Shown here piece by piece: positions 20,110 through 29,200 of a stretch of DNA of 63,927 nucleotides (position 1 is the first letter of the stretch; each line of letters starts with the position of its first letter). The stretch is from Macrostomum lignano. Taxonomy: Eukaryota. The stretch is from positions 1-63,927 of the forward strand of contig NIVC01002424.1 of the NCBI GenBank assembly GCA_002269645.1, written 5' to 3'. Under the pieces are notes generated by a model that did no database searches, had not been told where the DNA came from, and saw only the letters and a program-made list of their open reading frames with translations. Both the position numbers and the translations under genes were made by a program.

Positions 20110-22958
20110 CTAGGTCTGGCCATCCACCTGTCGCCGGGGGGCGCCAAGCAGCTGACCGAGACCTTTGTGACCTTCCGACCCTCCTGCAAGGGCCCGGGCC
20201 AGAACCCTACCTACTACATCCTGCAGCGTTTGACCGGTGCCTTCAGTAGCAGGCGGCCGTTCGGCCTGGCTCGGCAAGAAGATCGTAAGCACCTCTACGA
20301 GCGCTTGAACTAGCTTAGGAAGGAGCCCACTCACCATTGCTTCCATGGCAGCGAGCATGTTAGGCAGCACGTCATTACTTGGCGGCGGATCACTTGGCAA
20401 CTGCGTCTGGGTCACGGAGTCAACCGAGTCGCGCACAGGGCGCTTTCGACTAGGGAGGCCGGGGCCGTTTAGCCAGGACGAGTCGTCGTCGGTGCCCCCC
20501 GTTGCCGTTGACGCCCGTGCAGCGGTCTCGAATGGTCTAGGCGCAGTCACCGGAGCTGGTCGCGGTGCGGGGGCGGGTGGCGCTGCTGCTGCTGCTGCTG
20601 CCGACACCGTCGCTATTGTTGGTGCAGCTCGCTCAGTCGCTGCTGCTGCGAAAACTGGTGGCAGAGTTGCTGCTTGCACTGCTGCCGCGGCTTCCCTGGC
20701 GCCGGCTTGGTAGGCTGCAGCACGCCGGGCCACCTGGCTGTGCTTTTCAGCAGCTACAGGGCAGTTCCTGTAATTGGCTCGATGGGCCTCGCCGCAGTTC
20801 GCACATTTGGCCGCGTCCGGATTCGGGCACTCCTGCCAGCGGTGCGCCGCCGCACAGATGTTGCAGCGCGGAGCAGCACGACACCGATTCGCGCTGTGGC
20901 CGAAACGCTGGCACTTATGGCACTGGAGCGCCCTAGCCGGAGCAGCCGTCTTGCTTGGTTCGCAGGCATACCTCGTGAACTGCGATACGATACCTGTCGC
21001 CAGGCAAGCATCCGCAGTGGCTTTATTTGGTAGGAATAGGCGGACGAGGTGAGTCGGCTCGTTGCGCGCTCGTGACGTGATGCGGCTCGCGGAGACAATC
21101 TTTAAGCCCACGTCCTCCCGCATGTGATAAAAAGCAATTAGATAAATAGCATGCATGGTAAGCAATTATTTAGACCCTAGACAAACCTATTTTTGGAGCG
21201 TCAGAGATTTTAAAGCGATTGACCCTAATTGCCTATCGCCGGTCGGTTAGTCCTACCAGTCTTTCTCCAATAGCCGCAGGTACAGTACAAGATAAGAAAG
21301 AACACGAGGGAACACGAACCGAATAGATTTAGAGAGAGAGTGATAGTCCTAATGAGAATAGCTAAATCTTATTGACGGTTTAATTTGATCAGTAAAGTTA
21401 CAAGATTCTCAATACGATTCACGGCGCAGATAAATTGACACTGATGATAACGAGTAATAACGATACAACGATTAGCGATAATAAATTAATAACGCAACTG
21501 GCAAGCGGATCTCAGCTGAAGAAGAAAAAGAAGAAGAACCGAGCACGACCACAGAGAAGACTCCTAACCCCAGGCCTAAACCAGAACCTACACTCAACGA
21601 GAGCCCTGCCGAATTGACCGTTCAACGGAGCACTGACTAAATTCTATCAGTCTGCCCTTCAGTGTGACACTGAGGCCCTCAGGATCGAGGCCACGTACTT
21701 GGTCAAATCCGACAGTCTCTATCTAACCGCGCTTGATAGCGACGACTTCAGACAAATTTGCCGTAGACGTTACGCTACAAGGCTGAAGCGGTCGGGCGGG
21801 GACAAAAATATGCACCGGGGTGATGAACTCAAGCGCCTCAAAGCGCGAACCAAACAATCGGACAAGTGGCCGAGAAGCTGGACAAAACCAAGAACCGGGG
21901 AAAGAAGGCAAGATCCGATTGCCAAACACACTTTCATATATGGTCAGAGTCAAACCCTCAAACCCCCCCCCCTCAAGCCGGGTGGTGGTCGTCTGGCCGG
22001 CCGCCCGCTAAGCTGATTTGCACTGTGCCCGCGGCGCCGGGTAGAATTGGAACTTGCCGCGTGCCAGGGTCCAGGCCAGTTCTGATTGGCTGGCCGCGCA
22101 AAGCTTGGGTTCGCAGAAAAAAAACTCAACCCTCCGCTGAGTCACAGAATTAGCGTCTGACTTCTAACCTGTTTACAAATTTAGATTTTAACTAACAAGA
22201 AAAAAAGTACATTAGACCGCGTGACTAAATTGAAGCAAAATAATAATTCAATAACAATAATGCAAAACCTAACTAATAGAATACGCAAAAGATGCTCACA
22301 CTACACGCAGGTGCTGAATGAACGCCGGCATCTCAATCTCGACCGGCACTCCCCGGACTACTACAGAGTGCACCGATTGGACTGGAGGTGGCCGGTGAGC
22401 TGGTCTGTTATACGTTAGTCTGGCATTAGGCAGTCTACGGTTAACTGGTACACCATTTATGTTCGGCTCCCTCAGCGGCCCTCGGAGGAAGATCTGATGA
22501 TCTCTGGGCGTCGCTAGGAAGACAAGGTAGCCGTTCTTAGAATTGACTGGCCTGGTGAGCGTAGCTCGGGCGTTGCCCTGGAAGTTTGAAGCCAACCATT
22601 TGAGGAAGCTAATTTGGCTGAAGCTACTGTCGCCGGTGTCGCCGTCGAAGGTAAAGACGACTGGCACTAAATTCTGCCGGCCTGGTGCAGCATTATTATT
22701 ATTATTCCTAATTTGATTATTAATATTCTGACCCGCAGCTGACGCATATGAGCGCCCTTGGATGTTAGACCGTTGAGCTGCGCCACCGCGCCCCGCACCA
22801 ACGTTGCCGCTACGGTCTTGGACTTGGTTGCGGGAACTGCCAAGCGCAGCAGGGCCGGGCGCTGGCCGCCCCACTGCTGCCTGGTTGCCCGGTCGCCACG
22901 CTCGTCCGGGGGCCCGACCTAGCAGAATTGGAGTCCGCCCCGCCTCTGCCAGGCCCAT
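20110..22958 (-). pseudogene. LINE2 ORF1 with three CCHC knuckles, split by a solo LTR
   Basis: INGVPVNRRLP and VVRGVP match LINE1 ORF1. Knuckles CHKCQRFGHSANRC, CNICAAAHRWQEC, CANCGEAHRANYRNC. FIQHLR|EDVGLK is rejoined after removing 21123-22305. Confidence 0.88.
21123..22305. mobile_element. Solo LTR, 1183 bp
   Basis: Termini TGTGAT...CTACA and 4-bp TSD CGCA at 21119-21122 and 22306-22309. Removal restores the ORF1 frame. No coding domains. Confidence 0.85.
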
Positions 22959-23113
22959 CCCCGACGGGTGCTGCTGCCGCTGTCGCGCCTCCGTGCCCCG
23001 GTGTGCCGACGCCAGGTGGATGGGTTACCCTAAAGGTGAGTGAGATGCGTACACCCTCCTGGACGCCGACTCCTGGGACACTGTGCTTACATCTTCGCTG
23101 GCAGGCTTGTTAG

Positions 23114-23305
23114 TCCTTGTTATTCGCAAGACGCGCAAGCAGGATGCTTTTCCAAGAGCCCAACTGCTCTGTAGTTCTAAAGGATCCCGAAAACTAGCGA
23201 TTTACCCCTGCTCTAATTATTTCCCCGGGTTAAAACTACTGATTGTAGGCAAAAAAGCGTATTTCCCCGCAACTAGTCCCGTTCCTAAAATAATGCCCTA
23301 CTACA
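23114..23305 (-). repeat. 5' LTR (LTR-B), upstream U3-like part
   Basis: Starts TGTAGTAGGGCA. Homologous to 6354-6524. Confidence 0.8.
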
Positions 23306-23319
23306 AAGGCAATTGCTAT

Positions 23320-23945
23320 GCTTACTCGTTTCAATCGTTTTACACCAGTCGGGCACATCCTACCGACACCCCGGCACCGGTAGCACCAGATGGTGGCCAA
23401 CCGGCCGGTATTCAAGTCGAAATCGCCCCCGCGGCGGTTGCTGCCTTCGCCACCGTAGCCTCCGCCGTAGTTTCTCTCTCCGCCGTAGCCTCTCTCTCCG
23501 CCGTAGCCTCTCTCCGACGTAACCTCTCTCTGACCTAGCATCTCTCTCCGACGTAGCCTCTCTCTCCGACGTAGCTTCTCTCTCCGCCGTAGCCTCTCTC
23601 TCCGCCGTAGCCTCTCTCCGACGTAACCTTTCTCCGACCTAGCATCTCTCTCCGACGTAGCCTCTCTCCCCGACGTAGCTTCTCTCTCCGCCGTAGCCTC
23701 TCTCTCCGACGTAGCTTCTCTCTCCGCCGTAGCCTCTCTCTCCGACGTAGCCTCTCTCTCCGCCGTAGCCTCTCTCCGACGTAACCTCTCTCCGACCTAG
23801 CATCTCTCTCCGACGTAGCCTCTCTCTCCGACGTAGCTTCTCTCTCCGCCGTAGCCTCTCTCTCCGACGTAGCCTCTCTCTCCGACGTAGCCTCTCTTTC
23901 CGACGTAGCCTCTTTCTCCGACGAAGCTTCTCTCTCCGACGTAGC
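23320..23945 (-). pseudogene. gag-like remnant: GGERGY repeats followed by a degenerate zinc knuckle
   Basis: GGERGYGGERGYGGERNYGG...CYRCRGVG-RMCP (knuckle His missing). Confidence 0.45.
23450..23945. repeat. 18-bp tandem array CCG(A/C)CGTAGCCTCTCTCT, roughly 28 units
   Basis: Directly visible, with length variants in the CT tract. Confidence 0.95.
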
Positions 23946-24949
23946 CGAGGTAAAAATTAAAAGTTGACATTGCGCTGTAAGTTTCATAAAGGATGCGTAT
24001 AAACAGAGATTCATTAAAATGTTCAACGTTGTATATACAAATGTGACTTAATACATATAAGGTAACGGATGTTATATCTCAGTTGCAAACCTTACTGCAT
24101 GCACTACCTTGAACATATAGTCCCACAATTTATAATAATTAAAAGAATATATAAAAGAAGATATATATTCTTCTATATATATAAATCTATAAAATTAATA
24201 TATATAAAAGAAAAGAAAGAAGAAGAAAGAAAAGAGTAACAGTAATAGCCCTACGAAAGTGTATATATAGTCGAATAGTGGAATAATAGTAAATCAAGTC
24301 ATTAATTACATTTGCGTCGTTCCAATTCTGTTGCCAATATTTAGAGACAAGAGTTTTAACATGTTGCACAGAACATAAAAACTATTCTAGACTCTTGACT
24401 TCTAAAGAACGGCGTAACACCCGCAGGCTCGTGAAGCCATTGGATACGACTTTGCAGTAAACAGATAATCACTTTGCCTGCCTAGATAAGTCAAGGCAAC
24501 TTTGCGTGATAAGTCCATAATTAGACAGTTGTAATCATAAATCAAAGATTTCTTCTTAAAGCAGCTATGTTAAATATTTCTCAAAAAAGACTGTCCAAAA
24601 CTCAAAACGTCGTGCATCGAATAGGCAGTAAAAGATAATACTTTACCTCAAACATTTCAATAATATAATAGCTTTTTTGTTTGAAAGGCAAACTATTCTT
24701 TCTTTAAGCAATATCAAAGCAAGGCGGTAAAATGTATGTTCTTACCGTCGTACTTAGAGTAGTATCATTGCTGATTGCTGATGGTTGCCTTTCGTGTAAT
24801 CTACATCCGACAAGAAGTGAGCAGGGTATTTATGTCCCTCATTTTGTTCACTTAAAGGAAAATAAGTTTCGAGCTTGTGAAAGCGTAAGTGCTTTCAATG
24901 AATGCTTTAGATGTATTGCTTTTAAAATGCCTACAAAAAGAGCATTTAA

Positions 24950-26233
24950 CTAAAAATAAGAAAAGTAACCAACCAACAAGCAGATTAAACAGAAAACGTG
25001 TGACCTGACCTGAAGAGTCCTGTAACCTGAAGCGTATGGCAGGCCGTTGCCATAGGTATACCCCGGCCCAAACCATACTACCTTACGCTTTTCTGGGCGC
25101 CCGTTGGTTTGGTGGTGAAACGCAACAGGGTGAATCTCATTCATGATGATTTTCTTGAGATCGTTTTCAGTTTTAGCTAGGGCTTGAGGTAAGTACCTGA
25201 GCTGGCCAAAGTTGTGACCCAGATTGATTACTTGTTTAGCAGTCATGTCTACTTGAACCGTTTTAGTACCAGTGCCAGAGCCTGACCCCGGGGAAACCTC
25301 ACCTGGAGTCGAGCAGTCGTCGGATGGCAGAGGATGGTTTGCAGCTATGGACAACCTGGATTTGGCCGAGGCGACCGTTGATGCTGTTTCTGACGCAGTC
25401 GTAGTCGTCTTTAGGCTCGCAAATGTTTGCTGAGACTCTGAGGCTCTTTGGTGAGTGCTGGTGGGAATCCGGGAGCTCATTGAGGCCCTGACATTAGGCT
25501 TTTTGGAGCTAGGTTAGGGGATTCGGTATCAGCAGCAGAGCGCTTTGGGTTTTCTCGGTCAACTTCCATGGGACTACTTAGTAAAACTATAAGATAAATT
25601 AAAACTATAAAAAAAACTATTGCAAAATGCTAGATGGGCTACTATGAGTAGGCGGAAGTCACCAAACTACAAAAATGTCCCTACAGAGCCTGACGGATAG
25701 CAGACTATAGCCGGGAGCCTGGCGCTAGGAAGCCGCTGTCTCGCGCGAGCCTGACGACGCCGCAGACCGCCGCCGCCACCGCCCCGACGTTGGACCAGCA
25801 CGAAGTAGGCAATACGCCTAAGTAGGCAATAAGCGCACAGGCAACTAAGGAGAGAAAGGAGAGAACACGGCAGGTGGATGGCGCGCTATACCGTAGGGGA
25901 AGGAGGAAGGAGGAAAATAACAGCCGAAACACAGACGACGGAGGCGCAAAACAAAGAAGAGAGATGCAACAATCAAAAGGTGCGAGCCAAAGAACAGAGA
26001 AAAAGCAAAAACAGTAGTAAGATGGCCCAGAGCCCGTCGCAGATGGGTTAGGAAAAATGACACAGTACATTAGAGAAGCAAAGAGGAAGGCAAAATGAAA
26101 AAGGAAGAAAGAGGACAGACACCAAGCACGCGCCACACCTATGGCAGCATAGACCAGAAGCAGCATAGGCAGAAGACCAATCATTGACGAAAGGGACCTC
26201 GGCGGCGTCAGCAAGGCCTCTCTCTGCCATCAA
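24950..26233 (-). mobile_element. 5' portion of a LINE1-related element (LINE3): UTR + ORF1 start with AlkB-like segment
   Basis: UTR shares CTATA...CGGG(G)AGCCTGGCGCT (25713-25736 vs 6102-6126) and the GC-rich then AT-rich layout with LINE1. Starts MEVDRENPKRSAADTESP at 25568, versus LINE1 MEVEANSKRSASRDTDSP. Confidence 0.6.
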
Positions 26234-29200
26234 TTGTGGTGTTCAGATTTTCCTTCCAATGTAAATTAATTTCATCCATATCATTAAAAGCAATTAAAGA
26301 TTTGTCTAATTTGAATTTGTTAGCAAACTTAGGTTGATTCGCGATCTGGCTGATTAGAGAGTCGCTACAATTGATAAGGTTGTTCAATTTCCTGTTCTTA
26401 AAATTAGGTATATCAGTAGTGAAAGAGTTAATGCCCAGACCTCTGTCACGAACCCTTGCATGAATTATAGGAGACGGAGTATTTTTGGGAAGTCTGAGCA
26501 CATTGATTACCCACTTTCTGACCGTGGTATCCGCTTCTAGCAGAGTTTTTTATGTATTCTACCGTTAGTAAGAATGTAATTAACCTTAGGAATAATATTG
26601 GTAGAGAGGAAAAGTACATACGTTGCTGAGGCCTAAGAGGGGCCTCTTTAAGTTTAGCAAGCATGTCTTTCAGTGCTTTTAATCCCGATTGCACTTGCCC
26701 TTTGGCATTAAGTTCGATACCCAAATAACTATTTTGAAGGCCGATACTAGGTAGTTCCTGATTGTAAATTTTCAATTTAATATTTTGATTATTAAGCCAT
26801 CTTTTATTCTTCCCGTCCCTCACGATCGAGATGGTAGCACTCTTGTTGATGCTAACCTCCAGCCCCGTTGAAGCAAGGGCCTCTTCAAAAGTTTTCAGAC
26901 GGTTTTTAAGACCGGCTTCAGTCGACGCGCAGATAGCCATATCGTCCGCAAAGGCTGCGGAGTTAACTCTCTCTTGAGCAATTGGAAAGGCTATGTGCGG
27001 GTCGAGTGAGCCTAGGACTGCGTCGATAACAAAATTAAATAGAATCGGTGATAAAGGGTCACCTTGTTTGACACCCCTACCTAGCTTGGTAGTGGCCCCA
27101 AAAATGTCAGTGTTTGTATATAGATTGTCTAGATAGTTAATTAATAGTTCCGGAATACCAACTCTTCTTGCTGCTCTAAATTAAGTAGGGTGGTTGACCG
27201 AATCAAAAGCTTTTTTAGGTCTAGGAAGGCCAAGAACAGAGGTGAATTACCAGCTCTGGCCTCCGCTAGAAGGTTTTCGATTAAAAAATGATTCGCGCCA
27301 AGCCCATCTAAACCTAGTTTAAAGCCTCTCTGAACACTAATAATACTGTCCTCTGCAGCTAGTCGCCGTGCTAAGATCTTATGGTACGTTCTACATGTAA
27401 GGTTTCCTATAGATAACGGTCTGAATTCAGCTGGTGACGCTGGCTTGTCAACTTTCGGAATAAGAATTGTTCTAGAGTGTTTAAAAGAGGCTGTGTTATA
27501 CCACATTCCATAATGCCATTAAATAAATAAGTTAAGACGTTGATGTCTACTTGCTTAATAGTTTCAACCCCAAGACCATCTGGACCCGCAGCTGTCTTGC
27601 CAAAGTCCTTAACAGCCCAATGTACTTCCTCCAGCTTAATCGGATTAGCTAAACTAGTAATAGGATCGCAGATAGGTTTAGTAGGCCTCTCATCTGTACC
27701 CGAAAGATTCGAGATTAAATCACCCAGAATTTAGTATATTCTTCTTCTTCTTCTTCTTCTTCCACCTTTTTTTCGCCTCCCGGCGTAGGTGGCACCCTGT
27801 GTCTCGGACGTTTCCTCTTCTTCTGTTACTCGCCGCATGCACTCTCTCGTGCCGTGCCATGTTGGTTGCTGACAGCCATCTCTTACAGTATCGACATTCT
27901 GCTCTCTTCCTTTTGTGGATCCTTGCTATCATTCTCGCCGCTTCGTCGTTCGTCTTCGGTCCTTCCATTGCATGGGGCTCCTCCGCGCACTTCTTCCTGT
28001 GTCTTGCGTAGTTAGTCTTACTGATCCACGTTTTACAGTCGTTACACTCTCTTCTTGTGCCTTCCGTCCTGCCTCCCGTGCACCATTTCTCGTGATTCTT
28101 TCTTGTCGCTTCCGTTCTGAACTCGCTGTTGCATCTCTCGCATCTCATTCTTATGCCCGTATCGGTCTTGTGCATTCTTTTCTGGTGGATGGCTAAGCCT
28201 CCTCTCGATCTGCATACTTTTCCGCAGTTCTTTTCCCAACACCTGAAACCTGTCAGTTCGTTTTCATCCATTTGAGTGCTGTTGAGCTGGTTTTGTTCCT
28301 CTCGTCCTTCGTCGTCTCTTTCTGCACCTTTGCATCTCAGCCGTTCGATCTTTTCCCACTCGACGTCTCTTTTCCTGATGATCTCTTTCCACTTGATCTT
28401 GTCGTTCGCGTATTGTCCTACCTTGAGTGGGTCGAGTTTTGTTTTCCGGACCAGCTTTTTCCAGTAGGTGATAATTGTAGTTCTTCTCTTCTTCGGTCTT
28501 CTTATTTTCTCTATCCTTTTATTCCATCCCATCACGCAGATCTTTGTGAGGCTGGTATCCGGTAGTCTTAGGACGTGACCCATTCGTCTCCAGTGTGCGA
28601 TCTCAATTTTTCTCTGGATACTTTTAATTCCAAGAGATCGTCTTACGTCCCACATGTTCACTTGCTTTTCTTCCATTTCACGTAGAGGTTCCTTGGTTTT
28701 ACTGCTCCAGATAAAGCGGTAGCATTTGTCTATTGTTCTTTGCAGTTGATTTACTTCGCCTTGCTTGAACGGTCTCGCCCCTGCGTTGAACGTCATCGTG
28801 CTTTCCACACATGCCTCTATCACTCTCGCCTGGGTTCGTTTACTCAATCTTGTTCTCCTGAGTCTTTTCTTGACTTTAGCCTATGCGTTTGTTGCTCTTT
28901 GCAGTCTCTGGTGGATGTCTTCTTTGCTGCCAAGCCATACACCCAACATCCGGATCTTATTACTTTCCTCTGTTCCCAAAATTGCTGTCTCTTCTTTCTC
29001 ATCGTTCGTTCTCTCTTCCAACCATCCCATGACTTCCTTCACCGTCTTTGTACCTTCCTCGATCTCCTTCTTCTCGCCTATCACTGTGGTGTCGTCTGCG
29101 AAAAGTGACCAGGTGATCCGTGTGGTGATTGATTCTTCCGTGAACTGGTAGTTTCTCTGTGGGGGCAGGTCATTGCGTGGTAGGTATGTCCATTCGATAC

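Larger units (their letters stand above)
16357..23113 (-). mobile_element. Jockey/I-group LINE (LINE2), 5'-truncated in ORF1, inserted in LTR-B
   Basis: ORF1 and ORF2 homologous to but clearly distinct from LINE1. (CAA)n tail. 8-bp TSD TCCTTGTT at 16349-16356 and 23114-23121; removal rebuilds a sequence colinear with LTR-A. Confidence 0.85.
12..23305 (-). mobile_element. Ty3/Gypsy LTR retrotransposon (host of a nest; both LTRs interrupted by LINEs)
   Basis: Minus-strand order: LTR (TGTAG at 23305), PBS 16012-16002, gag, protease, RT, RNase H, integrase, extra ORF, PPT 6535-6525, LTR (TGTAA at 6524, ending TTCCA at 12). PR-RT-RH-IN order is Gypsy-type. No matching TSD at the outer ends. Confidence 0.8.

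Noticed and set aside
24187-24500. LINE 3' end suggested by LVSKYWQQNWND and an AT-rich tail
   Set aside because: Single short motif, no TSD or flanking domains; too weak to annotate.
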